Assembly: GCF_016433145.1 (NCBI RefSeq) | Contig: NC_058133.1 | Span: 255,958,801 to 256,022,800, forward strand | Origin: Gracilinanus agilis | Taxonomy: Eukaryota | Length of the DNA: 64,000 nt | Direction of reading: 5' to 3' | Part shown: in pieces, positions 49,001-60,419 of the stretch | Layout: every line of letters starts with the position of its first letter | Numbering within the stretch: the first letter of the stretch is position 1 | Translations under genes and position numbers: made by a program | Notes under the pieces: model-generated | Seen by the model: only the letters and a program-made list of their open reading frames with translations | Database searches by the model: none | What the model was told of the DNA's origin: nothing

Positions 49001-52000
49001 TCTACATATGTAACTCATTTGTTACTCCCTCCCTCCCCCACTCCCCAACAAAATGGCAAGAGTGCTGTGCACTTCTATCATCACAATTACTTGTATCTTG
49101 GGTATTGGCTGTTACCTTTCCCCTCTGGTCTCAGTATTCCCTAGGAGAATTCAACTAACTGGGGAGAGATAGCGCTCTCTAAACTGTGGGAAGTGCCTGG
49201 CCCTTTAATTTAAAGGCCATGATGGCCCTATTTCCATCTTTTTTAAAATTTTATACTTTTTTTTTAAATCATAAAAAATTTTCCACAAAAGTTTTCCCAA
49301 ACTTATATAATCTATATTATCTCCCTCCCTTCTTCACCTCCCCTCCCAGAGCTGATACACAATTCAACCTGGGTTATAGGTGCATTTTCATGCAAAACAT
49401 ATCCCTATTCATTTTTGTAAGTGAATAATCTTATAAAACCCAAACCCCAAAACATATACCCAAATAAACAAATGATAAATCGTATGTTTTCCTCTGCATT
49501 TATACTCTTAACAGTTCTGTCTCTGGAGGTGGATAGCGTTCTTTTTCATAAGTCCCTCGGAATTGTCCTGGATCATTGTGTTGCTGTTAGTAGCAAAGTC
49601 TTATAGTTCTAGTTCTGTTGCCTCTTCCTCCCGTTGTATTGTAGGAACTTGCTTCCTTTCAGAAGTAGTTGCTGTACCACACATAACCTATTCTTAGAAT
49701 ATATGGGGTATTCAATAATGATGATATATATTCTCCCAGTGCACTTATTGCTTGCCTTAAATAGGACTTGCAATAATTTGCTACCCTAAATATTTGTAAT
49801 CATAATAATTTGCTACCCTAGATATTTGTAATCATCCTATTTTCCAAGCTATTAGACTCAAACAAAACACGAAAGGATATAAGGCTTTATTTTTTAGGAT
49901 GTTTTTATTCATACTTTTCAGTTTTTCACTTCTCCATAATGGCCCCCAGAATCCTTCTCCCTCTCTGAGAGAGCTATCAGGGAAAGTTAGCCTAACTGAG
50001 CAAGACATGAAAAGGGCTGAAAATATGTATACCTCCCACTTTTGCAGAGGGGGATAGAGGGACGACTGTCTTCTCCAATCTCTTCTTTTTGAGCCATGCT
50101 TCTTTATCATTTTTTCAAACTTCACTTTTGATTTTGTGTATGTGTGGTTTTCTGTTTATATTGTTGTAGTCATCGTGTATATTGTTTTCTTGACTCTTCA
50201 CTCTACATCAAATCATACAGATCTTTCTTTCTATGCTTCTTTTAACAACATAGTAGTAATCCGGTATTCATGAACCACAGATTACTTAGCCATTCCACAA
50301 TCAATAGCATCTATTAATTAATTTGCAATCCTTTGCTTTTAGAAAAAATGCTGCTGTAAATATTTTGCTATGTAAGGAACTTTCTTATCAATAACTTCTG
50401 GAATATAAAGCCAATAATGGAATCTCTGAGTCAAGAAATAATGGACATTTTATTCACTTTATTTACATAATTCCAAATTACTTTCCAAATGGTTGTACAC
50501 AGTTCTGCCAGCAATGTACCAGTGTGCTTTCATAACAGTGACTAAATTCATCTTTGCTAATTTGAAGGGTATGAGGAGAAACTTTAGATTTATTCTGATT
50601 TACATTTATTATTTGTGATTTGGAGCATTCTTTCATATGGTTGTTAGTAATTGACAGTTCTTTTGAGAATGATTTGTGAATAGTCCTCGATTAACTATTG
50701 GAGAAATAGTTAACTTCAATGTGTATAATACTACTGAGCATAATATTCTGTTCTTTTGCTATTGATCAGGTTGTCCCTTTTACTGTAACCCTACTCTTTC
50801 TGAGCCATTAAGTCACATATCTCCTTTCCCTCTCTCCCAGCAATGTTCTTATTTTTTCTTTCTTTTTTTATTTAAAATTTTTATTTTTAAAAATTTTTCC
50901 ATGTTTACATAGTTCATTTTCTTTCCCTCCCCACTTTCCTCTCCACTCCTGGAGCCAACAAGGAATTCCACTGGGTCGTTACAAAAGTTATCACTTGATG
51001 CCTATTTTTGTATTATTCATTTTTGCTATAGAGTGATTTTTTTAAAACCTAAATCCCAATTCACATACCCATATATACATGTGATTAGTGATATCATATG
51101 TTTTTCTTTTGCATTTCTACTCCCATAGTTCTTTCTCTCAATGTGGTTAAGCCTTCTTTCACATAAGTCCTTCAGAACTGTCTTGGCTTGTTGCACAGTC
51201 CATTACATTGAATTGTTCCACACTGTTTTATTTTCTGTGTACAATGTTCTGATTCTGCTCATTTCACTCTGTATCAGTTCATTGAGGTTCTCTCAGTTCA
51301 CATTGAAATCCTCCAGATCATTCTTCCTTACAGCACAATAGTATCCATCACCATCAGATACCACAATTCGTTCAGCCATTCCCCAACTGAGAGACAACCC
51401 TTCATTTTCCAATTTTTTTCTACCACAAAGAGTGTGACTATGAATATTTTTATACAAGTATTTTTCTTTATTATCTCTTTGGGGTATAGTGTTATCCAGC
51501 AGTGTTCTTAGGTTAAAGACAGTTGGAGGTACACCTGGGCTCTTATCACCCCACCTCACCCCTCTACTTCTCTAGTCCCCCCTTAGCTTGTTCTCTTTCC
51601 CTTTTATTGCCTATTTATTCCCTATTTATTGCATGGGTACTAGGGTGCAATGGGGAGGGCTGCTCCATTTCCCCAACTGAAGACAATTTTTTGCATATCC
51701 CGCCACTCTGTCCAGCCACACGATGCCAATACTTCCTCCCTCCACTGTCTGGAGTAATTCAGGGGGTTTCAGGCAGCTTGAAAAGTTGCATTTTGGGCAT
51801 GTGATCTTGAAAACGTTTGCCAATGCAGCCATAGCACATCCCAATGGCAGAATACATGACAGGAAACAAATCACAACTTGGATAACCCATTACCTTGAAT
51901 TATATGAAAGATAAGAAAAAAAGTACTGAGAATGTTAGAAATATTTACAGATATTCTATCTATAACAATTTAGTGAGGAGAACTTAATGATGTTTAGGAG

Positions 52001-54414
52001 AAAAAAAATTGTAGACTATGAAAAAGTCAGGTTTGGATTCAAGACAATGAACAGTCTCATCTCCAGAGGACCTAAACTGAATTGCCCACTGACCAAGAGA
52101 AGTGGTGGTCTCAAGGGCCAGAATAGCCCCTATGTGGACTGTGCTTGTTGCTTATAAGGGAGTTTTTCCCCTTTTTTAATGGAAAGGAAAAATTCAGAGA
52201 GGTAGGAGAGCTAGCAATAGTGATAAGCCAAAAAAAAAAAAAATGCTACAGAAACTTTTTTTAATGAACAGAATGATGAAATGAAAAGAATTTTGAAAGG
52301 AAGCACTAAGACGCAAGACAGTTTTTGAAAGTTATATGTAGAATTTATTAGTAATATCTTTTTCTGGGGGCAGCCAGGTGGCTCAGTGAGTTGAGAGCTA
52401 GGTCTAGAGACAGGAGGTTCTAGGTTCAAATTTGGCCTGCTAGTTGTATGACCCTGGGCAAGTCACTTAACCACTCCATTGCCTAGTCCTTACTGTTCTT
52501 CTGCCTTGGAATCAATATACACTATAAGGTATAAGGTAAGGGTTTAAAAAAGTGATAATATCCTTTTCTAAAAAGCAAGTGAAATAGGGGCAGCTGGGTA
52601 GCTCAGTGGGGTGAGAGTCAGGCCTAGAGACAGGAGGTCCTAGGTTCAAACCCGACCTCAGCCACTTCCCAGCTGTGTGACCCTGGGCAAATCACTTGAC
52701 CCCCATTGCCCACCCTTACCAATCTTCCATCTATAAGACAATACACCGAAGTACAAGGGTTTAAAAAAAAAAAAGCAAGTGAAATAGACACTCATGTTTT
52801 TATATAGTCATTTTTGTAGTCTGCATAATATAGAGTGGCTCTTTGTTTTGTGATGTTTAAATTCATTAAAAAAAAATAAAAAGCAATTTTAAAAAATAAC
52901 TTATGTAGATAGAACCTGGTCTAGGACTTAGAATCTAGCTTTCAGCTCTCTTCCCAGCTTTAAGATCATGGCCAGGTCACATTTCCCTTCTCTGAGCCTC
53001 ACACATTCCTCTGAAAAATGAAGGTGTCAGACTAAATGTTATTTAAAGGCCCTTCTAGCTCTAAAATGTTATGATTGGTGACATGGATTAACCACAGCCT
53101 CCACATTTTTCTTTTGTGCTTATGAGAGAGAAGGAAAGGGAGAGGGTGAGAGAAAGAAAATGAAAGAAAATGGAGGGTTTGATCTTGAGTCTAGACCTGG
53201 TTGGAATTTGTTGCCTCCTGATTATTGAGCCTGTCTCTTTCCCCCTCCCCTATTACATTTCTTTTTTGCCAATCTCAGCCAGCTCTATTGTCTTACTTTT
53301 CTGCATTACCTTTGAGCATAAGTGGACTTTTGTGCTCCTTTCTCTTATTTATTCCTGGTGCACCTCTGGTATTTGTCTGCTTTGAGAACAGGATATATAA
53401 TTCTACCTTCTTGGTTATTACTTTCTTAATCTCCTCTTCTTTTCTGTGCAGACTCAAGGGGAGATGAGGAAGAACCATCGTCTGGTAAGCTCTAGAGAAT
53501 CTAGTATTGGGAGGGGAGCGAGGTGGACTGAATACTCTTTTTTTTCTGACTATCCTTTCTCCCTGTGGTAGAAAATTGGCTTCTTCAACCAGCAATATGC
53601 AGAGCAGCTGCGCATGGAAGAGACAGCCACTGAGTACCTTCAGCGGGGCTTCAACTTGCCTTACCAGGATGCCCGAAAGTGTCTGGGCCGATTTGGCCTG
53701 GAGAGCCATGCCCATACCATCCAGATCTGCAAACTCTCAGGTATGTCGTAGGGGCAAGGCTAAGGAGAATCTCATTTACACAATTCAGATACCTGGGAGA
53801 AACCAAATGTTTCAGCTGGCTGGCAGTTCTGGGAAGAATGAGGATTTTACCCTCTCTTTCTCCCATTTCCTCCTGCCCCAGGTGGACAGAAAGCTCGAGT
53901 AGTGTTTGCTGAGCTGGCCTGTCGTGAACCAGATGTCCTCATACTGGTAAGGCCACTAAAATTAAAGGGAAGGAGGTGGGAGAAGAAATGGATAGGTGTC
54001 TGGGCTACTAAACTGTGGGATCCTCCTGCTTCTTTCACAGGATGAACCAACCAACAACTTGGACATAGAGTCTATTGACGCTTTGGGAGAAGCTATCAAT
54101 GAATACAAGGGTGGTGAGTCAGTTTAGTACAGCCCAACTTTCCCATCCCTCCAGCATGTTCCCTTCTACGTCCTATTTCCCACAGGGATCCAAGTTCTCT
54201 CTTTTCTGCCTCATCCTGATTGATTTTTTTCCTCTCTTTTCCAAAAGCTGTAATTGTCGTCAGTCATGATGCTCGGCTAATCACAGAAACCAACTGCCAG
54301 CTTTGGGTGGTAGAAGAGCAGAGCGTCAGCCAGATTGATGGAGACTTCGAGGACTATAAGAGGGAGGTGCTGGAGGCCCTGGGTGAGGTCATGGTCAATC
54401 GACCTCGAGAGTGA
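39611..54414 (+). CDS. ABCF1: ATP-binding cassette sub-family F member 1 (ABC50), 846 aa
   Basis: Coding exons: 39611-39692, 40683-40729, 40934-41020, 41158-41299, 41435-41472, 41559-41663, 42791-42865, 42947-43057, 44105-44212, 44457-44579, 44879-44979, 45053-45138, 45430-45569, 45885-46033, 46645-46728, 46982-47106, 47288-47400, 47625-47796, 48269-48343, 48459-48529, 53452-53484, 53572-53740, 53882-53946, 54041-54113, 54248-54414. All GT-AG; 2541 nt in frame. NBD1: GPNGKGKT / FSGGW / [13 protein letters not shown]2: GPNGVGKS / LSGGQ / [10 protein letters not shown]. Ends VMVNRPRE*. Confidence 0.98.
39985..40034. repeat. (GT)25 microsatellite in ABCF1 intron 1
   Basis: 50 nt of uninterrupted GT. 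Confidence 0.97.
40255..40385 (+). mobile_element. MIR fragment
   Basis: ATCACTTAACC..GAGCCTC..CTGTAAAAT CORE-like sequence. Confidence 0.55.
42092..42315 (-). mobile_element. SINE-1 antisense in ABCF1 intron 6
   Basis: TSD TAATCTGGTTAGT at 42079-42091 and 42316-42328. Confidence 0.92.
43334..43545 (-). mobile_element. SINE-1 antisense with (CT)n tail
   Basis: Reverse complement of SINE-1; CT run at ~43334-43354. Confidence 0.88.
46228..46455 (+). mobile_element. MAR1-type CORE SINE with RTE/BovB-derived tail
   Basis: CORE followed by GGAGAAGGAAATGGCAAACCACTCCAGTATCTTTGCCAAGAAAACCCC..GGGGTCATAAAGAGTTGGACAC. Confidence 0.85.
49240..51500 (-). mobile_element. several antisense L1 3' fragments in ABCF1 intron 20
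   Basis: Repeated L1 3'-end blocks at ~49240-49620, ~49990-50760 and ~50860-51500, matching the 6838-7995 family. Confidence 0.8.
49772..49835. repeat. 32-bp tandem duplication
   Basis: AATAATTTGCTACCCTA(A/G)ATATTTGTAATCAT twice, with one mismatch. Confidence 0.9.
52365..52550 (+). mobile_element. SINE-1
   Basis: Canonical head, body and tail. Confidence 0.88.
52588..52769 (+). mobile_element. young SINE-1
   Basis: Perfect 18-bp TSD AAAAAGCAAGTGAAATAG at 52570-52587 and 52770-52787. Confidence 0.95.
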
Positions 54415-55171
54415 GGCTTTCCTCCTGCACACCATTCTAATTAGCCTATGTGGCCTGGAGGCCCCTTCTCTCTCCCCCCCTCACCCCCCCATCACCACCA
54501 TTACCACAACTTGCACAAAAGGGCTCATCATCAACCAGTGCAAGACCACTGAGACATCTGCAGGTGGGGCTTTGCCTGGTGTGCCAAGAAGACCATCACT
54601 GACACACAGATCAGATGGAAATACTGGGCTTTGGCTTTGATATCTTGCAGTGTAGGTGGAGAAACTATGGATACCACAATGAATGCATCATTGAACATTG
54701 ACAATATAGATAGTGGTTTATCTGATAGATCCTCCGATTTGAATAAGCTTTGTACCACCACTTCACCTGCTGCCTAGGTTACCCATCCAATGCAGTACAG
54801 GGGTTGTGCAGCGGAGCTTGAGCAGTTCTTCTCTGACTGGTCTCTGATGCTCTGCCCCTTCCAGTCACACCAGGATTTGGTCTAGTTGATATTCACAGTT
54901 TATAGGGACCCGAGTTATAGGCACAGAGCTTTGGGTCCCCCTGTCAGCACTACTTTTGAGGAGCAATCCTGTTTTATTCTTTTGGCCTGATTGGCACTGA
55001 GAGGCCCTGGGAACCTGACAGGAATCTCCAGCTGCATTCCAGTGGGGATCATGGTCTTTAGAGGGGATGGAGCCTGTTTGCTGCTGGTGTCCACGTTCTC
55101 TTTGTATTTGTGGATTGGGGGGCAGGGAAGGGATGCTGCTAAACTTTGTCCCTCTGTGTGCCAGGGGAGGG

Positions 55172-55177
55172 AATAAA
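55172..55177 (+). terminator. candidate ABCF1 polyadenylation signal
   Basis: AATAAA ~760 nt after the stop codon, with a downstream T/GT-rich element. Confidence 0.6.
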
Positions 55178-55559
55178 AGAGTGAATTGCCATCACCTGTC
55201 TTTATTTTAGGGGCTTTGGGCTTTGGAGAGGATTGCCATGATTGGCTATATGCTGCCCTCCTGTGGTCACAAGATAGAATGACCCAGATGTGAAATGATC
55301 ACTTCTGAGCCAATGTTTTATTCACCCTCTAGCATGTTCAGAGTATCAGAAGACAGGAAGAAATATATAACATACTCCTTGCCTTGGTCAAATGAATGAT
55401 TTATCTGGAAAGACAATCCACCAGATGAGTACCTGTATGCAAGACATTCTGCTTGAGAACAACATGAGAGATGAAATGGCATGAGAATGACAGTCAGATG
55501 AATGGCACCAGAGGGATAGCTATAGTAATACAGAAAAGAATTATGGGCTATAAATAGAA

Positions 55560-55740
55560 AGGCTTTGGATCTTAGGATCATCATGAGCTCTAAAGGGACC
55601 TTGGAGATCATCTAGGCTAAACCCCCTCGTTTTCTTCTTAAATAGACCCAGAGAAGTTAGGTGACTTGGGCAGAGTCAGATAGGTAGGATTAGAACACAG
55701 AGCCCCTTAATTTCAAGCAGTCTTGCCACTATGCCCCATG
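55560..55740 (-). mobile_element. MIR fragment
   Basis: CTAAAGGGACCTTGGAGATCATCTAG..GGTGACTTGGGCAGAGTCA, antisense MIR. Confidence 0.6.
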
Positions 55741-55899
55741 ATGTGAGTAGGTGGCCTTCAGAAGATGGGGGAAAATAATGAAGTCATTCCGTCTAGGAAT
55801 AATATCCTGAACAAAGGTGAAAAACTTCAAGATGTTTTAGAGAGAAAACTGAGAAAATTAATCTGACTAGGGTAAATTGTCATAAGAAAATATTGTCAT

Positions 55900-56570
55900 A
55901 TTGTCATAAGAAAATGCCAAGAGGAAAGATGTCTGGGGCCTGGCTAAAAAGAGTTTAGATGGTTTAGTTTGTAAGTAAGGAGGATTAGAGGGATAAGAAA
56001 TTTGAGTTAGGAATTGGTTAATCATGCATATAGTTATTTTAAGGGTCTAAAGCAGGATGGCTATAAAGAATGAAGAGGATGACCTCAATAATAGCAAATA
56101 TTTATGTAACACTTAAAGGTTTAACAAGTCTTTTATGTAATTTCATTTAACAAAGGATAGATGAGAGTTCAAATTAAGTCTGGGAATGATTGGAGATAGG
56201 GGCAAAATGCAAAGAGATCAGCAATTGCATAGTTTGGGGTGAAATGTGTTCTGTTATATACATGTTAATTTTGAGGTGATACTAAACAACAAAATGGAAA
56301 TATCTGAGAAGGAAAGTTGTGAACCTGGAGTGTTGAGGGCTGACGGCAGATTTAGGCATTATCTGCATAGAGAAGATAATTGAAGTCAGAGAATTAGATG
56401 CCTTCTCTAAATAAATGAAGAGCCAAGGACCCTGGAAACACTTAAATCAGGAAGCAGTAGAGGAGTCAGGAAAGGATAAGTTTGGTGAAGTTGGCTAAAC
56501 CTGGATTGTAGAAACGGAGACATCAAAGATACAGAGTTTTAAGAAGGAAATGAGTGATCATGTCAAATAC
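55900..56570 (-). mobile_element. antisense L2 fragments
   Basis: Purine-rich sequence typical of antisense L2 (GAGAAGATAATTGAAGTC..GAGCCAAGGACCCTGG). Confidence 0.55.
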
Positions 56571-56594
56571 TGAGAAGCAAGAACAAGGATTGAA

Positions 56595-56791
56595 GGGGCT
56601 GCTGGGTAGCTTGGTGTATTGAGAACTAGGCCTAGAGATGGAAGGTCCTAGGTCCAAATGTGACCTCAGACATTTCCCAGCTGTGTGACCCTGGGCAAGT
56701 CACTTGACCCCCATTGCCTAGCCCTTACCATTCTTCTGCCTTGGAGCCAATACACAGTATTGACTTCAAGACGGAAGGTAAGGGTTTAAAA
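56595..56791 (+). mobile_element. SINE-1
   Basis: Canonical head, body and tail. Confidence 0.9.
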
Positions 56792-56799
56792 GACTATAG

Positions 56800-57480
56800 C
56801 CACATATGAGCCAGTCTTTCAGCTTGTTGCTGGAAGGATGGAGGTCAGTGCTGGTCCAGTGGAGACTGCCTTCAAATTTGGCAAACTCATCTCCGTTAAA
56901 CTCGCCTCCTAGTCTGTATGTGTTGTCTACCGTATTTTTGGAACTCCCAAAGTTTGCCCCTGTCCCCTAGGAATTTGCCTTAAGGGAAGTCCCAGACTGA
57001 CCTCAGATCTGACTGAATAATAAACCCAAAGATCCCGGATTACTGGACTCATTTCCTGGTATCCATCGTAAAGCTAATCTCTTACTTCCCAGTCCTTTTT
57101 TCCCAAAAAGGTATTTAAGACCCCCCCAAATTCTATTACTCTTTGGAAAAATCATCTTTGGCAGCATGTTTTTCCTGAGACCCTGTTGCCAGTCCCAGAG
57201 CTTTGGCTCTCCGTGGTATCAAGGGCTTGACTCTGTGCAGCAGCCGAATCTTGAGTGCTGCCTCCTGTCCTGGCTAAAGACTTGTTTTAACTTAACATCT
57301 GATGGGATTGGCCCTCCCTATTTAAACTACTTTTTGGTCTGAGACTCCAGAAGTCGGACTTTCCCTCAGGGAGGAGGAGCTCTCATGCGACAAGGCCAAA
57401 CTTGGGGCTTTTCACCTTTAAACTAACTAAATTGGGGTCTTTCTAACTACTTGAGTGGGTCTGTGTTGTTCAAAGTTGAC
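56800..57480 (+). mobile_element. LTR-like element, copy A
   Basis: Shares ..AAGGGAA..GACTGAATAAT..CCC.. and the 3' block TTTCT(A/G)ACTACTTG(A/G)GT..TCTGTGTT..CA with the copy ending at 59068. Confidence 0.6.
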
Positions 57481-58302
57481 AGTGTCTATGTACCCTTCAT
57501 CTCCGTGAGGCTCATGGAATAAGGAATTCTCCGCTATAATCTCAGAGACAGAGATCCACGGCTATCCATTCCTGGATTGGACAACTCTAATTAGGCAGTT
57601 TTCCTTCTCTTAAAGCTAAATTTACCTCCATACTTTCCATCTATTGTTCCTGGTCCTGCTCTCTGGGGCAAAATGAACAAATGGAATGCCATTTCCACAG
57701 ACAGCCCTTTCTATATTTGGAAACATTCCACCCACCCCCAGCCTCTTACAGATTTGTCCCTTCCCTCCTAAAATAACTGGAATTGTTCATATTCCTGTGG
57801 CTAGTGATTGCTTTCTAGCCATGGGAATTCTAGAAGCCCCCAAACTTGTAGCCTAGTAAGATTCGAGGACCCCCAATTTCTGCGCCTGGTCGAAGTAAAG
57901 TCCAACTTCCGGAGTCTCAGACTAGACCAAAAAGCCAATCCCATCAGATGTTAAGTATTTCTTCAGTCTCAATGGTTTCTCCCCTTAGGCCAAAGTCCTT
58001 TGCTAAAGTGGCCCAGCCCTTTTGTGTCCATTGTAAAGCATCAGCCCCTCACTATTATTCCTGTCTGGAACCCCTCATTTTCCTTAGATACCATTGTAAA
58101 GCCAATCAACTATCCCTCCCAAGGAGCCAATACACAGAAGTCAAAGGTAGGATTTAAAAAAAAAAAAAAAAAAAGTTTGGTGCTGGGCTCTGAGCAAAGG
58201 GCCAAATTATTGGATTCATCCCTTTCCTGATTAAAAACTTGGTTTTTCTAAATATTTAATATTCTTTTTTTTAAGTTTAACATTTCTAAATGAGTGATTT
58301 TG

Positions 58303-58470
58303 GGGGCAGCTAGGTAGCATAGTAGAAAGAGCACCAGGCCTGGAGTCGGAAGGATCCGAGTTCAAATTTGATCCCAGACACTTCCTAGCTGTAGGACCCC
58401 GGGCTAGTCACCTGACTCCAATTGCTGCTCGTCTGTCTTAAAACTGATAGTAAGTTGGAAGGTTAAGAGT
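58303..58470 (+). mobile_element. older tRNA-derived SINE (SINE-1/MAR-like)
   Basis: GGGGCAGCTAGGTAGCATAGTAGAAAGAGCACCAGGCCTGGAGTC..GAGTTCAAAT. Confidence 0.8.
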
Positions 58471-58494
58471 TAAAAAAAAAATAAACCCTCCAGA

Positions 58495-59068
58495 AAATCT
58501 CTTACTCCCAAATCCCACACTTTATAATTAGGACTTGGAATCTAGAACTCCAAACTTGTAGCCTGGCAAGCTCTGAGGAACCCCAAGTTTTAGGACTAGC
58601 TGATAAGCTGGAGACCCCAAAGCTTGTCCTCCTTCCCTTCCACCCAGAAGGGAATCTCCAGCTAGCAGTATCAGACTGAATAATGGACCCTGAGGGAAAA
58701 GATGATCCCAGTTAGGTGGGGCTAAGCATATGCTAAGTACCCTTTTTGTCCAAGGTAGTCTACAGTATCCAGACTCTTTCCTAGGAAAGACCCCCCCTCC
58801 CCTCCTCCACCGACCAGGGCCGGGACCTTCCTTTAGTATCCTTTGTGGGCTGCCCCTTCCCTCACACCCTAGCCTCTGGCTGGGATTCCTAAGCGCAGTG
58901 GCACTGGGGGGGGGGGGGGTCCCCGGAGTCCAGGGTGTAGCCCCTGGCAAAGTTGTGGTGCCAGACTCTGGAGTAAAGGGCCAGATATGGCACTTATCCC
59001 TCTCCTGAGTAAACAGTGGTTTTTCTGACTACTTGGGTCGTTCTGTGTTCTTTCCCAATCCACAGAAC
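58495..59068 (+). mobile_element. LTR-like element, copy B
   Basis: Homologous blocks with 56940-57030, 57815-57880 and 60430-60640; ends ..CACAGAACA. Confidence 0.6.
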
Positions 59069-59361
59069 ACGGATTACCGTTTTGTTTCCGAAACCATCAT
59101 TTTTGAAAACAAAGGCGCTATCGCTGGAGTTTAGAGGTATAGCGCTAGAAGAGAGCCGGCTAGCAGAGCAGGATAAAGGATTTATGCCTTTTAGTGCAGC
59201 CTTTCCTGGAGGGCTCTACAGCTTTTTCTCCTGATATTTTCCAGTTAAGTCACAGAAGGTTAGCACCGGTAGTTTACAAAATGTTCTATACTCAAATAAT
59301 GAAAAAAAAAATGAAAAGAGATAGCGACTCTCAATCAAACGTGGTGCATCATAGCACTCAC

Positions 59362-59850
59362 TGTTATAGGGGTGCAAATATGGTGAACCTCTGGGTTCAG
59401 GAAGGAAACTTTTCTCAAGAATGAGAACTTAGCCTAAAAGTAAAAAAAGATTTATTAGTAATATAGGATTAATGGCCAGCAAGACAGCATGAGTGGAGCA
59501 ACCCTGAAGGTTGCCCTCCAAAGACACCCACGGCAGCTCGGGTGGAGGAACTATTGGGGTTGCTCCCCTGAGTGCCCCAGTTCAGGGATTTTTATATTCT
59601 TTACAATAGTATGGACGTGACTTCTTGCACTCAGGCATTGGGTGGGTGGGGGGTCTACCTGAGATCCTCCGGCTTAGGCTATCAAGGTGTGGCCACTCTT
59701 TGTCTATCTCTACCAAAAGGGTGTCCAAGGATTTTGGTCTTTGCCTCGGGAGTCACTAGGACCTGAAGGGGGAAGGGAATTTCCCTGTTCACAGCCTGCC
59801 TGAGTTAAGGGGTACAGGGTCCCTGCCATCTGTGCACAATGCCCGCGTCA
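59362..59850 (-). mobile_element. solo LTR (ERV1-like), antisense
   Basis: TG..CA termini and a 4-bp TSD TCAC (59358-59361, 59851-59854). Minus-strand AATAAA at ~59451-59456 and TATA-like AATATAAAAA at ~59589-59598. Confidence 0.8.
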
Positions 59851-60419
59851 TCACGGTTTAGCTCTGATATATGCACATGGACTTTAAAGGCCTCCAACCA
59901 TTGTGGTTGCTCTTGAGACACCAATTGGGTTATCAGAGTCCTTCCTAAACTGCGATGCCCCAAACTAAATAAAATAGACCTGCTGTGGCCTGCCAAGTCC
60001 TGGGACCCAACTTCTTATTCCTGGAAGTTAAGTCTTAACGTAATTGTAGATTGAGTCGAAGTCCCGGCTCACTGCCAGTCACACAGTCCATTCAGACCTC
60101 CAGATCTTTTTCGTCTACATTGGGTCTAACTAAACTTCCTTCCTACATTTGTGAGACTGCCTTTTCTAGAGCCCAAGTATGAGACTTTACATTTATCTCC
60201 ACTAAATACCACCTTAACAAATTCAGCCAAGTGGTCAGGAAATCTGGGGTCCTGGGCAAGGTTCTTATCGCAGTTAGCTTTCCTGCCCAGCTTTTGTTGT
60301 ACACAGATTGAATCAGCTTGTCTTCCAGGCCTTGATTCAAATCACTGATAAAAATGATCCACATCCCAGGGCTGAGCTAAGAGCACTGGAGCAATCTACC
60401 TCAGGCAAGGCAACACTAG

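Noticed and set aside
51626-51874. 82-aa minus ORF ending GKWSSPPHC, resembling a sushi/CCP (factor H-like) domain
   Set aside because: Cysteine spacing and the core Y/F-x-C motif of a CCP domain are missing, and there are no splice signals. Other frames fit a degraded RTE LINE better.
54531-54761. ORF-like sequence on both strands in the ABCF1 3' UTR
   Set aside because: Short, no recognisable homology, no splice structure.
57205-57260. Possible tRNA-Gln-like relic
   Set aside because: Only scattered short matches; no cloverleaf or B box.
58894-58908. GCGCAGTGGCA match to the start of U4 snRNA
   Set aside because: Only 11 nt match, with no further similarity; lies within an LTR-like element.
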